Below are positions 1 through 9,059 of a stretch of 64,000 nucleotides of DNA, piece by piece. The position numbers and the translations under genes were made by a program. Under the pieces are notes generated by a model, which was not told where the DNA came from, made no database searches, and saw only the letters and a program-made list of their open reading frames with translations. Each line of letters opens with the position of its first letter. Position 1 is the stretch's first letter. Source of the stretch: an uncultured virus (IMG/VR IMGVR_UViG_3300028377_000003) (Duplodnaviria > Heunggongvirae > Uroviricota > Caudoviricetes); IMG/VR virus record IMGVR_UViG_3300028377_000003, positions 62,001 to 126,000 of that record; one strand, 5' to 3'.

Positions 1-183
1 ATAGTAACGCCCCGGCCTCAAATCCTGTAGCTCATCGTGGATTTCCCGGACATCCTGATACGTGAAAGGGGTGGACTTGATGTACGTATCTCGGATCCAC
101 AACACATACCGTGCCACGTTCGGGAAAACAGGTTCCCCGGAAGCAGTAAGGCCCTCCTCGTATTCAACAATTGGGGGGAACAT
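1..183 (-). CDS. Hypothetical protein, 5' portion only (runs off the window edge)
   Basis: Manual translation: ATG at 183, MFPPIVEYEEGLTASGEPVFPNVARYVLWIRD..., open to position 1. Confidence 0.4.
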   Translation of the reverse strand, partial: MFPPIVEYEEGLTASGEPVFPNVARYVLWIRDTYIKSTPFTYQDVREIHDELQDLRPGRYY

Positions 184-256
184 AGCAATAAACTTTTTAT
201 ATGGTGGTTGAAGTGAATCCTTTTGATCTCACGTCAGACATAATTAGGGTAACTCC

Positions 257-970
257 ATGTCGCTAAAAAAGCAACTGATCAAATTGGGCAAGGTGCGCAA
301 AAACCTTCGTCCCCATATCCGACCGGTTTTGGCTGAACTGAAAAAGCTGGCGTCCGTCACCGTAACTCCGAAAAGGGGTTTGCCGGATTCGCCACGCTTT
401 GCCCAGCACCTGTCTGGCCTCAAGAGTGATCACCACTCTTTTCAGTTGGTTGAGATATCGACGGAAAGCAAAACAGTTGAGGCCGCATGGGTCACATCCA
501 CACGTCCCGGAAGACTGGATGTAGCGATGGGAGGCATGGTCTACCAATTTGAAGGCCGCAGCCCTGAAGATGCAGCTAAAGATTGGGCCAGAAAATATGC
601 CACGACCCGGAAACAGGCAAACAACGGCCTGTATGAAAAAGCATCGGAGCTTGCCCGCAAGCATGTCGGGGCGATTGAGCAAGGGTTCGAAAAGCTCCTG
701 AAAGACGCCAAGAAAAGCCTTGCGAAACAAGACCTAGAGATCAACATCTTTGGGCGCAACACATCATGGCTGAGTTATCGTAACCACGGTAGCGACGGGC
801 TTCTTGTCGGCGGGCAACTCAAGATCACAGATAATGCGGAATATCCCCGGTCCAAAGAGGAGATCGGCGATGCTGTAGTAGCCTCCGGTGTCACTGATTG
901 GGCTTATGTCCGACGTGGGAAAGGGGCAGGACAATGGATCGTGGAAATCGGCAATTCCGACCGTATCTAA
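257..970 (+). CDS. Hypothetical protein with shared N-terminal leader motif
   Basis: 237-aa ORF starting MSLKKQLIKLGKVRKNLRPHIRPVLA. Confidence 0.8.
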   Translation: MSLKKQLIKLGKVRKNLRPHIRPVLAELKKLASVTVTPKRGLPDSPRFAQHLSGLKSDHHSFQLVEISTESKTVEAAWVTSTRPGRLDVAMGGMVYQFEGRSPEDAAKDWARKYATTRKQANNGLYEKASELARKHVGAIEQGFEKLLKDAKKSLAKQDLEINIFGRNTSWLSYRNHGSDGLLVGGQLKITDNAEYPRSKEEIGDAVVASGVTDWAYVRRGKGAGQWIVEIGNSDRI

Positions 971-990
971 TCATTTCGTAGGAGATCACA

Positions 991-1413
991 ATGGATTTGA
1001 AAGACCAACTCATCAAGCTAGGCTCCGATAACAAGAGCCTTCGAAAGCATATCAAACCGGTACTCGCTACCTTGTACAAGGTGGACGGTGATTCCCTTGC
1101 GGCAGTCGTAGGGGACGCCAAGCGTAAGTTTGCTACGGATCTAGCGGGCTTGATGGAAGAGAGGATCAAGCGAGAATTCGACGTCAATACAGGTCGTTCT
1201 AGGGACGGCGGTCGCATCGACACTGACGGTGGCTGGTCGGTTACCATCACCCTTGATCCAAGAAATAAGGGCAACGGTATTATTGCCTACCTCGAAGATA
1301 TCGACGGTAGAAATATCAGCACGGTGACTTTTGCCTCTACCGACCTCAAGCGAAAAATCATGAAAAAGGTGGTAGCGGAAATCAGAGACAATATCACGGA
1401 TTACTACCTCTAA
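991..1413 (+). CDS. Hypothetical protein with shared N-terminal leader motif
   Basis: AGGAG RBS; starts MDLKDQLIKLGSDNKSLRKHIKPVLA. Confidence 0.8.
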   Translation: MDLKDQLIKLGSDNKSLRKHIKPVLATLYKVDGDSLAAVVGDAKRKFATDLAGLMEERIKREFDVNTGRSRDGGRIDTDGGWSVTITLDPRNKGNGIIAYLEDIDGRNISTVTFASTDLKRKIMKKVVAEIRDNITDYYL

Positions 1414-1423
1414 GGGTTAGATT

Positions 1424-2086
1424 ATGAGTCTTTCAGACTGGCACAACAAGTTCGGGGGCCGCTCTTGGCGGATCACATCCGAGGGTATCGAAACAAAGGA
1501 CGAGGGACTTCTTCGTAGCCGTGGTGAGCCTATCACCATGAAAACCTTGTGGGAAGATTTCGGTGACGAGATCTATTACGCCTCAAAAGAGCTTGAAGTC
1601 CCGGCTGATATGATTGCGGCGATGATTCCCATCGAAGCTGTTCGAAAAAGTGACGGGCATTACGACCCGAAGTCAATTCGCGAAGAGCCGGGCTACACTT
1701 CCGATGAGGAAACACCTCACCGGGTATCTCCGGGCCTCATGCAGACATTGATTTCAACCGCGAAGTCAATGGCTTCCAAATACGACCTAGTGCCCGAAAA
1801 TGAGGTCGACCGCGAATTTCTGTTCGACCCGCACTACAGCATTTTGTTAGGCGCGGCCTACATGGCTCACCAGATCGAAAAATACGGGGTAGATCCACCT
1901 CTTATTTGTTCAGGATATAATGCGGGATCAGTGCGAAAAACCACACGAAATAGTTGGCACTTGATCGCCTATGGTAAAACTCGAATTGACCGGTATGTAT
2001 CATGGTTTAATGATTTTATTTATGGGATTGACAATGGTATGATAGAAGTCCCTGAAAACTTGTTACTAACACGGGCTTTTTTGTGA
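1424..2086 (+). CDS. Lytic transglycosylase (SLT-domain) protein
   Basis: SLT motifs: catalytic E in AMIPIEA, SPGLMQ, GAAYM, GYNAG. Confidence 0.85.
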   Translation: MSLSDWHNKFGGRSWRITSEGIETKDEGLLRSRGEPITMKTLWEDFGDEIYYASKELEVPADMIAAMIPIEAVRKSDGHYDPKSIREEPGYTSDEETPHRVSPGLMQTLISTAKSMASKYDLVPENEVDREFLFDPHYSILLGAAYMAHQIEKYGVDPPLICSGYNAGSVRKTTRNSWHLIAYGKTRIDRYVSWFNDFIYGIDNGMIEVPENLLLTRAFL

Positions 2087-2499
2087 AATCAGGCATTTAC
2101 CATATCAAGAATTTAGTCAACGGAAAGGCATATATCGGGAGCAGCAAGGATATCCCACGCCGACTAAGAGATCACCGGTCTACCTTGAAAAGTTCGGAGA
2201 GGGTACATGAAAATATCTATTTGCAAAGGTCGTGGGACAAATATGGCGCAAATAATTTCGTATTTGAGCCTATTGAAAATGTTCCCGTCGAACAACTAGT
2301 CGAACTTGAACAAAAATATCTTGACCGCCATAAAAATGCAGGTGATTGGAAACACCTATACAATATCAACCCTATTGCCGCACATCCTCCTATATTAAAG
2401 GGTGAGGATAACCCTAATTACGGCGGTTTATCCCCTGAAACCCGAAAAAAGCTGAGTGTAGCTCACACTGGAAAAACACGCAAAAATGATGTCCTGTAA
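2083..2499 (+). CDS. GIY-YIG homing endonuclease, probably truncated or frameshifted
   Basis: SGIYHIKN...YIGSS...R motif; NUMOD3-like SPETRKKLS; AT-rich relative to flanks. Confidence 0.85.
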   Translation: MKSGIYHIKNLVNGKAYIGSSKDIPRRLRDHRSTLKSSERVHENIYLQRSWDKYGANNFVFEPIENVPVEQLVELEQKYLDRHKNAGDWKHLYNINPIAAHPPILKGEDNPNYGGLSPETRKKLSVAHTGKTRKNDVL

Positions 2500-2671
2500 C
2501 AACCCCATGAAAGATCCAACCAAACAATTTTCCGATGCTGAACGAAAAGCGGCAGTTAAGGACTATCTATCTTCCGACCTAACGCAAGCACAGATCGGAA
2601 AAAGATATGGTGTATCCCAAGCCTGTATTGGGAAATGGGTAAAAAAGTTTAAAGTAATTATTATTATCTGA
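2486..2671 (+). pseudogene. HTH fragment, probable detached C-terminus of the GIY-YIG endonuclease
   Basis: Overlaps GIY-YIG ORF in +1 frame; NNPMK and HTH-like LTQAQIGKRYGVSQACIGKW. Confidence 0.5.
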
Positions 2672-2684
2672 TCAAGGGATTCAC

Positions 2685-3635
2685 ATGTCACACAACAAAT
2701 TAGCGAACCACGTGCGGAAAGCCAAGCGAAAGGTTTACGCCTCCTTGCCCGCCGAAATTCGTACTCTCCACGCACTTATGCGTCTTGCGAGTCCCCGTCG
2801 AAAACGGGCCTTTAGTGAGGGGCAGATCACAAAGCTCGTCGAGCAAATGCTTGACCGCGAAGGGATCAGACGGGAGCTTGAAGGCGACGGCCTCGAAATC
2901 CCCACCATTGATTGGGGCAAAATTTTCAAAGTCGGTGTCAACTCGATGGCCCGCAAGCTCAATTTGGAGCACACCCAGCGTGAGGATTTCCTCAATGACG
3001 TGGTTGGGGATATGATCATGGGCCAGAGCATCATGAGCCTCCGCGATACTGGCCCGTGGAAGCGCAACCTCATGGAACAGATTGAGGATTGGGTACGTGA
3101 AGGCTACAATGACAACCGGATCAAAGCCTCGTTGACCAAATGGGTCAAGATGAAGGTTTCCAACCTGTACAAGCGTTGGAAAGCCGAAACCGGTGACGCC
3201 GACACGGGTTTTCAGCAAGGTACCCCGGATGATGGTTACGAAGGGCGGGACACTTTTGAAGATCTCTTCACCCTCGACGGTCTTAGCAGCGGACAGCTTT
3301 CGGGCTATTACTCGTTAATGCGAAGCAACCCGGCTGCGAAGCAACTGATTGAGAAGATCAAGAAGGAACTCAACCAGCGTTACGACGATCTGGGGATGAT
3401 TTGGGAAGCCTACATGAACAACCCCGCATCTTCGATGCGTGAATTGCTCAAAGTGGACGTAACGTTCAAAGCTGGGGCACGCGGAAAAGTACCTCTGTGG
3501 CGGGCACTCGGTTTCGAGGAAGGCGATTCGTCCAACCCCGGAAAGCTGGGCTACCGTGTCAAGAAACTAAGAAAGTTCCTCCGCAACAAGTGGCCGGACA
3601 TCGACGACGTGTTGCGTGACTTGAGCAAAAGCTGA
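2685..3635 (+). CDS. Hypothetical protein, possible divergent sigma70/ECF-like factor
   Basis: MARKLNLEHTQREDFLNDV and IKASLTKWVKMKVSNLYKR resemble ECF region 2; C-terminal KLGYRVKKLRKFLR resembles the end of region 4. Confidence 0.4.
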   Translation: MSHNKLANHVRKAKRKVYASLPAEIRTLHALMRLASPRRKRAFSEGQITKLVEQMLDREGIRRELEGDGLEIPTIDWGKIFKVGVNSMARKLNLEHTQREDFLNDVVGDMIMGQSIMSLRDTGPWKRNLMEQIEDWVREGYNDNRIKASLTKWVKMKVSNLYKRWKAETGDADTGFQQGTPDDGYEGRDTFEDLFTLDGLSSGQLSGYYSLMRSNPAAKQLIEKIKKELNQRYDDLGMIWEAYMNNPASSMRELLKVDVTFKAGARGKVPLWRALGFEEGDSSNPGKLGYRVKKLRKFLRNKWPDIDDVLRDLSKS

Positions 3636-3664
3636 CGTACTGCTACCTTAGCAGCCGCATCCCC

Positions 3665-3700
3665 GAAGCCCGTACCAGTTCGCTCTGGTGCGGGCTTTTC
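3665..3700 (+). terminator. Intrinsic terminator
   Basis: Stem aagcccgtaccag/ctggtgcgggctt followed by T tract, after stop at 3635. Confidence 0.7.
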
Positions 3701-3715
3701 AGTCTCAAAAGGTTT

Positions 3716-3744
3716 TTGACGAACCTTCGAACCTATGGTATAAG
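3716..3744 (+). promoter_or_regulatory. sigma70-type (early) promoter
   Basis: TTGACG-17 nt-TATAAG. Confidence 0.8.
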
Positions 3745-3794
3745 GGTGTGGAAGATAGCAGCGACGACAAGTGACGACGATTAGGAGAAACAAG

Positions 3795-5015
3795 ATGCGA
3801 GTGATTACGTCGGGCAGTAAGCAAATTGATTTCGAAAACGCCAAGGCGGTGTGTCGGGAAGATTACGCTACTCACCACAACCTTGAGACGCACCTCGCCG
3901 AAGAGCACGATATGTCTGTGGCGGACTATCAGCGCCGTTACGGCAAAAATGCGACGGTCTTCGGGGGTCGGGTTTTCAAGGAATTCTTTGACCGTGAAAT
4001 CGAGCGCAAAGGGTCCCGTTCTTACCATACATACGTGGCAGTGGGCAACATCAAGATGCGGGCGCAAGTCGGCATGATGTCCCAGCGCCCTTCCCGTCCC
4101 AACGGATACATGTATCCCGAAAAGGGGGCGGCAGGCAAAGCGGCCCAGCGTGTGGCTCGTGCGGTCAAGTATGGGCGCAACATTTTCCTGTACGGTCCAG
4201 CGGGTACGGGCAAATCGGACATGTTCCGCTGCCTTGCCCACGATCTGAACATGGAATTCAGTCTGTATCCCATGCGAGAAGACCTCGACACGGCTCTCTA
4301 CATGGGCCAGATGCAAGTTGTCATCGACCCTGAGACGAAGGTCAACAAGACCCAATTCGTCGAAGGTCGCCTCCTGAAAGATATCCAAGGGCGTATTGGC
4401 AAAGATGGTATCCGCCGTGCGGTAATGATTACGATCGACGATATCGACCGTGCGCCTTCCGAATGCCACGAATTGTTCCGTCACATTCTCGACGGAGCCA
4501 AAGAGGTGTTCATCCCCGAGTTGGGCAAGTCCATCCCGGTGTTTCCGGGCACGACCATCGTGGCAACGGCCAACTCCAGAGGGCGTGGTGACGATTTCGG
4601 GTTCTACAGCAGCGTCGAAAGTATGGATGATTCGATTCTCGACCGCTTCGGTCGTTTCATCGAATACCATTACCTCGAAGTCGAAGAGGAAAAGAAAATC
4701 CTCAAGGCCAAATTCCCGTACCTCAAGAAGGTGGCTCCGCAAGCCTTCGACACCATCATGGACGTCACGAAAACGATCCGTCACATGATTACGAATCGGG
4801 AAATCCACATCGGATTCTCGCACCGTATCCTGACGGAATGGGCCACGTGCCTCGAAGAACTCATCCAAGAAAACGATGAGCGCTTCGACAAAGTTCTCGT
4901 AGGCAAAGCGGCTTATGACTGGCTTGAGCGCTTCGACGAAGACACCCGCAAGGCACTGTTTGACCGGACGCTTCGAGCCTACATCCCGCATGGGGATCGG
5001 GACAACTTCAAGTAA
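3795..5015 (+). CDS. MoxR/CobS-like AAA+ ATPase with N-terminal His-containing (Ros/MucR-like) motif
   Basis: Walker A GPAGTGKS, Walker B ITIDDID, ATAN, LDRF; AGGAG RBS before ATG 3795. Confidence 0.85.
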   Translation: MRVITSGSKQIDFENAKAVCREDYATHHNLETHLAEEHDMSVADYQRRYGKNATVFGGRVFKEFFDREIERKGSRSYHTYVAVGNIKMRAQVGMMSQRPSRPNGYMYPEKGAAGKAAQRVARAVKYGRNIFLYGPAGTGKSDMFRCLAHDLNMEFSLYPMREDLDTALYMGQMQVVIDPETKVNKTQFVEGRLLKDIQGRIGKDGIRRAVMITIDDIDRAPSECHELFRHILDGAKEVFIPELGKSIPVFPGTTIVATANSRGRGDDFGFYSSVESMDDSILDRFGRFIEYHYLEVEEEKKILKAKFPYLKKVAPQAFDTIMDVTKTIRHMITNREIHIGFSHRILTEWATCLEELIQENDERFDKVLVGKAAYDWLERFDEDTRKALFDRTLRAYIPHGDRDNFK

Positions 5016-5043
5016 GCTACCTGCCGGGGTCGTTAAGTTTCTT

Positions 5044-5072
5044 TTGACGGCCTCGGCTCGTTAGGGTATAAG
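5044..5072 (+). promoter_or_regulatory. sigma70-type (early) promoter
   Basis: TTGACG-17 nt-TATAAG. Confidence 0.8.
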
Positions 5073-5109
5073 ACGACGATAAGACTACGACCTTAATCCG
5101 AGCGACGAC

Positions 5110-7485
5110 ATGGCACGTAAAATTTCAGGCATCGCAGTCCGGCAAGGGCACACCGCATTGACGCGGGGCTTGCTCCGGGACAGCAAAGTCAACGTGGTAT
5201 CGGCGGGTAGCGACTTCTACAACGCCAATGACTTTCCCATCCTTCCCTTCATGTTCAAGTTTTGTGAGCGTGTGAGGCGGGGGAAAAAAGAAACGGGTCA
5301 GCGGCCCGATTCCTTTTCCACTTGGGATATCAAGCAAGTCTGGTTGTCCGCTCGTAGTGAACTGCGGGGCGACAACAAAATTGTCATCGCGTCCACCCCG
5401 GACGAGGTGTCCCAAGAATACATCCGCACGTTGGACGGCGGGATTCTTCACGAATCTTTCCACAGCCTCTACACGCACAAGGGGCGTAACCTCGACTACC
5501 AACGGTTGGCGAAATTCATCGGCAACCACTACGACCCCGAGGTTCCCTACGAAAAGAAAGCCAAGCTGCTCAAGACCCTCTGGAACATCTTCGAAGATTC
5601 GATGATTGAACGGCGGGGCATGGAGCGGTTCGAAGGCGCTATCTATTCGATCCAAATGGTACACCAACTGGTCTGGGATCGTGAAACACCGGGGCGACGT
5701 GGGCCGGTCGGGGGCACTTTCTATGACGAAAACAATCGCAGGTGCAAAGCCTTCACGATGCTGGACCACGTGGTCTACTACCTGCGGGACCAAGTTGAAA
5801 ACTACCTCGACGACGCTCCCCTCGACGAATACGACCCGCAAGCGCGGATGATTGTTGATGTGTTGCTTGGCGATCTCGTCGAAGAAGGTCGTCAGTCAAA
5901 AGACACCTACGAATGCTTCGAGTTGGCTTTCCAAGCGCTGAATCGTCTGTCCAAGCTCAAGGGCGCTGCCAACGGGAAAGGCGACGGTGACGGCGACCCC
6001 CAAGAGCAAGAAAAACAGGGCGATGAACAGCAAGAAGGCGGGGGCGGCGGCAACGGTGAAAAAAGCCAACAGGATGATGAGCAGTCCGGTGATGGTGAAA
6101 GCCAGAGCGGGGACGGCCAGAGTGACTCCGAAGAAGGCGAAGGCGAAGACGACGGTGAAAGTGAAGGCGGGGATTCCGAAGGCGGAGATTCCGAAGGCGA
6201 AAGCGGGGACGACGGTTCTGACGCCGATGGTGACAGCGGAAATAGCTCTGAGGACGGCTCAGAGGGACAGAGCGGCGATTCAAGCGACCAAGGTGGACAG
6301 CAAGGTACATCCGGTAACGAAAACCATTCTAAGGCCGGTCAGGACAGCCGGGACGGTGAAAAGGGTGGCGGCGAAGGCGGGCACCAAGAAGGCCACCGTG
6401 ATGGTGACGCGCTCCCCCCGGATTTTGACCGCTTGGCAGATGAAATCGCCAACACTGACGAGGCGAATGGCGGGCAAGATTTGTCGGACGTCATTAAAGA
6501 CCAGTGGGAAGAGGAAACACAAGCCTCGGGCGTGCCGAGTCATCCGATTCCCATGACCCGTGAATACGATATCATCCATGAGGTAACACAGTCGAAAGGC
6601 AACCTCAAAAAGTTCAGAAAGTTTGCGGGTGATGTGCGCCGGGATACGCTGTATATCCGACCCAAAATGGTCGCTTTCCTACGGGGTATGAAAAAGTCCC
6701 GTCGCAAGCACCGGCTTGAGCAGGGCCAGCGATTGTCTGGCCGTAGCATCCATGAAATCGTGTACAAGAAAAAGCCCAAGCCGTTCATGAAGCGTATCAA
6801 GGCCGAGAAAGAGCACGCGGCGGTGTCCATCGTTATCGACGAATCGGGTTCGATGAATCTCGATGAAGCGCGGTACATCCTGACCACGTTCGCCGTGTCC
6901 CTGCAGCAGCTTCGGATCCCGTTTGAAGTTATCGGGTTCCAGCAGGGGACGATTCAAGGTTGCGACAACGCCCATAACGTCCAGCAAAGATATTTCCGGG
7001 AACGGGGGATCTCCGGGGATGCCTACGAAAAGTCCAAGAGGACTGAAGAATGGAAAGCACGGTTCACGCGGATTGCGGCACGCAGGTTCAATGTGTTTCG
7101 CACCTTCGACGAGCCGCTTACGGACAAGTCCCTGAGCAAGCTAATGAACACGAGGGCCAACGGTGGTACGCCCTTAGCCGATGGGATGGATTTCGCGGCC
7201 CGGAGGCTAGCCCAGCGCAAAGAGTCCCGTAAGGTGCTTATCGTGATTACTGACGGCAAGCCTTCGGGGTCCAGCGGAACCCGGTTCGGTACAAACGCAA
7301 TGGTTCAGATTTGCAACAACGAAACCAAGCTGTTGGCTTCGATGGGTATCCAAACCTTGTTCGTAGGCTACGGTGAGCGCAGCATCAATAAGTTCGATAA
7401 CAGCGTGTACATCCCGAACCTCGATTCATTCGGTACGGTGATGAACGAGCACCTGTTCAAGATGCTTCGGGAAAATAGGTTTTGA
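5110..7485 (+). CDS. CobT-like VWA-domain protein (partner of the AAA+ ATPase)
   Basis: N-terminal HExxH (LHESFH) and NIFED; long acidic Gly/Ser linker; MIDAS DESGS, GGTP, VITDG. Confidence 0.85.
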   Translation: MARKISGIAVRQGHTALTRGLLRDSKVNVVSAGSDFYNANDFPILPFMFKFCERVRRGKKETGQRPDSFSTWDIKQVWLSARSELRGDNKIVIASTPDEVSQEYIRTLDGGILHESFHSLYTHKGRNLDYQRLAKFIGNHYDPEVPYEKKAKLLKTLWNIFEDSMIERRGMERFEGAIYSIQMVHQLVWDRETPGRRGPVGGTFYDENNRRCKAFTMLDHVVYYLRDQVENYLDDAPLDEYDPQARMIVDVLLGDLVEEGRQSKDTYECFELAFQALNRLSKLKGAANGKGDGDGDPQEQEKQGDEQQEGGGGGNGEKSQQDDEQSGDGESQSGDGQSDSEEGEGEDDGESEGGDSEGGDSEGESGDDGSDADGDSGNSSEDGSEGQSGDSSDQGGQQGTSGNENHSKAGQDSRDGEKGGGEGGHQEGHRDGDALPPDFDRLADEIANTDEANGGQDLSDVIKDQWEEETQASGVPSHPIPMTREYDIIHEVTQSKGNLKKFRKFAGDVRRDTLYIRPKMVAFLRGMKKSRRKHRLEQGQRLSGRSIHEIVYKKKPKPFMKRIKAEKEHAAVSIVIDESGSMNLDEARYILTTFAVSLQQLRIPFEVIGFQQGTIQGCDNAHNVQQRYFRERGISGDAYEKSKRTEEWKARFTRIAARRFNVFRTFDEPLTDKSLSKLMNTRANGGTPLADGMDFAARRLAQRKESRKVLIVITDGKPSGSSGTRFGTNAMVQICNNETKLLASMGIQTLFVGYGERSINKFDNSVYIPNLDSFGTVMNEHLFKMLRENRF

Positions 7486-7510
7486 CGGATATGGCAAACT
7501 AGGGTATAAA
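7482..7510 (+). promoter_or_regulatory. sigma70-type (early) promoter
   Basis: TTGACG-17 nt-TATAAA. Confidence 0.8.
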
Positions 7511-7554
7511 GTGACGAGACGATGACGTTACCGTAAGCGACAAGGAGACGCACC

Positions 7555-8304
7555 ATGAAAATGATTAACGGCAAACTTTACTTCAAGACGCCAGACATTC
7601 GGGCTTTCCTCGGGATTACCGATGGTCAAATATGGGCCGCCCGTGAGCGGAATGCCCTCAATCCGATCCAGTTTTCGGACGGTGGCGACTGTTACTTCAA
7701 ACCCGAAGAGATTTTGGAAGGCAAGCGCCAGCTTGTTGAAACGGGACGTCTCGGGTCCAGCAAGCTCCGACGAAAGCCGGTCATCGAGGACAAGCAAGAG
7801 TACGCCCGTATCGTGCGGTATCTGGAACGAAGCGGCTATGCCGTGGGCGACGTCAGCCAGCTTGAGGCACGTGAAGATGGAAAGGGTTACAAGGTCGTCT
7901 ACGACCCGACCGCCGTTCCGGTTGATGATTCCGCCACGGCCACAAGCACCGAAAATGTGTCCACCGATACGTCCGAAAGTAGCGGCGGCGATATGGCATG
8001 GAAAAATCGGCCCACCCCGGACGTCTTGCCCTTCAATTTCGCGATGGGGTCTGACGAAGTGCCCGAAGGGCCAGAGGCCAAGCACGATTTCAAGAACGTC
8101 CAGAGTTGTTTCGGGTACGCCGACGAGACGAACACTGAGTGCAGTGAAAACTGCGCCTTTTTCGAAGCGTGCGCCAAGTCCCGGTTCCGCATCATGTCCA
8201 CCGTAGCCAATGGATTGGACAAGGGCAAAGATGCGGGCACCATCCGCGAAGAAGAAGCGGCGGTGCGCAAATCCGAAATCGAACGGGTTGCCGCACTTAT
8301 CTGA
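7555..8304 (+). CDS. Hypothetical protein (possible N-terminal HTH, C-terminal Cys cluster)
   Basis: AAGGAG RBS; CFG...ECSENCAFFEAC. Confidence 0.75.
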   Translation: MKMINGKLYFKTPDIRAFLGITDGQIWAARERNALNPIQFSDGGDCYFKPEEILEGKRQLVETGRLGSSKLRRKPVIEDKQEYARIVRYLERSGYAVGDVSQLEAREDGKGYKVVYDPTAVPVDDSATATSTENVSTDTSESSGGDMAWKNRPTPDVLPFNFAMGSDEVPEGPEAKHDFKNVQSCFGYADETNTECSENCAFFEACAKSRFRIMSTVANGLDKGKDAGTIREEEAAVRKSEIERVAALI

Positions 8305-8312
8305 AAAACCTT

Positions 8313-8341
8313 TTGACGACTCACCGTTACTTTGGTATAAG
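8313..8341 (+). promoter_or_regulatory. sigma70-type (early) promoter
   Basis: TTGACG-17 nt-TATAAG. Confidence 0.8.
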
Positions 8342-8413
8342 AGGGTGACGGTGAGTCGCAAGGCTCGAAACGAAAACGAAGTTTCACTACTACTGATTTG
8401 AGAGGAAAAGAAA

Positions 8414-8857
8414 ATGGCACAAGCCGCCCAAAAGCAAGACAACGCCCAGCCCACCTTCAACGAAATGCTCGAAGAGGGCATCGAACTCTACCGCGACCTG
8501 CGGGAAAAGAAAAGCCGCCTGAGCGAAATCAAAGACATGCTCCGCCAGCACGCTGAGGCCAAGCGCAACGGCGTCAAGACGGTGGAACTCACCACCGAGG
8601 ACGGCGAGCACACCGTGTCCGTCACGTTCCCGGACCCCAGCCTCAAGGTGAAGTCCGACAACGACGAGATGGCTTCCATCCGCGAAGATCTCGGCGAACT
8701 CCTGTTCGCGATGTTCTTCAAAGAGAAAACCTCGTACAGCGTCGAATCCGACTTCGAGGACAACATCGTCAAGGTCAAGGATCCCCTCCAGCGTCAAGAA
8801 CTGGAAAGCGCGGTCGAGAAGAAAGCAGCCACCCCGCGTGTCAGCTTCCCGAAGTAA
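8414..8857 (+). CDS. Hypothetical protein
   Basis: 147-aa ORF with GAGG RBS and strong C/G third-position bias. Confidence 0.8.
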   Translation: MAQAAQKQDNAQPTFNEMLEEGIELYRDLREKKSRLSEIKDMLRQHAEAKRNGVKTVELTTEDGEHTVSVTFPDPSLKVKSDNDEMASIREDLGELLFAMFFKEKTSYSVESDFEDNIVKVKDPLQRQELESAVEKKAATPRVSFPK

Positions 8858-8923
8858 ACTTTCGGGAAAACCGGCCCCGGTCCAGCCGGGGTCTTCATCG
8901 TCGCACTCCTTGTCGTCGCAAGG

Positions 8924-8961
8924 GCAAAGCCCCCGGTGGTTAATTCCATTGGGGGCTTTGC
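8924..8961. terminator. Strong hairpin (terminator-like) with TTAATT loop
   Basis: gcaaagcccccggtgg-ttaatt-ccattgggggctttgc. Confidence 0.55.
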
Positions 8962-9059
8962 ATTACCCCCAACATCCCTCTGACAATTCCCCACAAGATA
9001 GCACAGCCCTTTAGATGTGTTTGCCTACCCCACTAGTCACCTTCGCTGGACAAATAGCT

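Noticed and set aside
3705..4991. Long minus-strand ORFs (also 19247-20737, 46654-47841, 7528-8481 and others)
   Set aside because: Antisense shadows of well-supported plus-strand genes, expected from codon bias
3795..7485. Cobalamin biosynthesis (cobS/cobT) call
   Set aside because: No CobN or other cob genes in the window; a generic AAA+/VWA pair is more defensible
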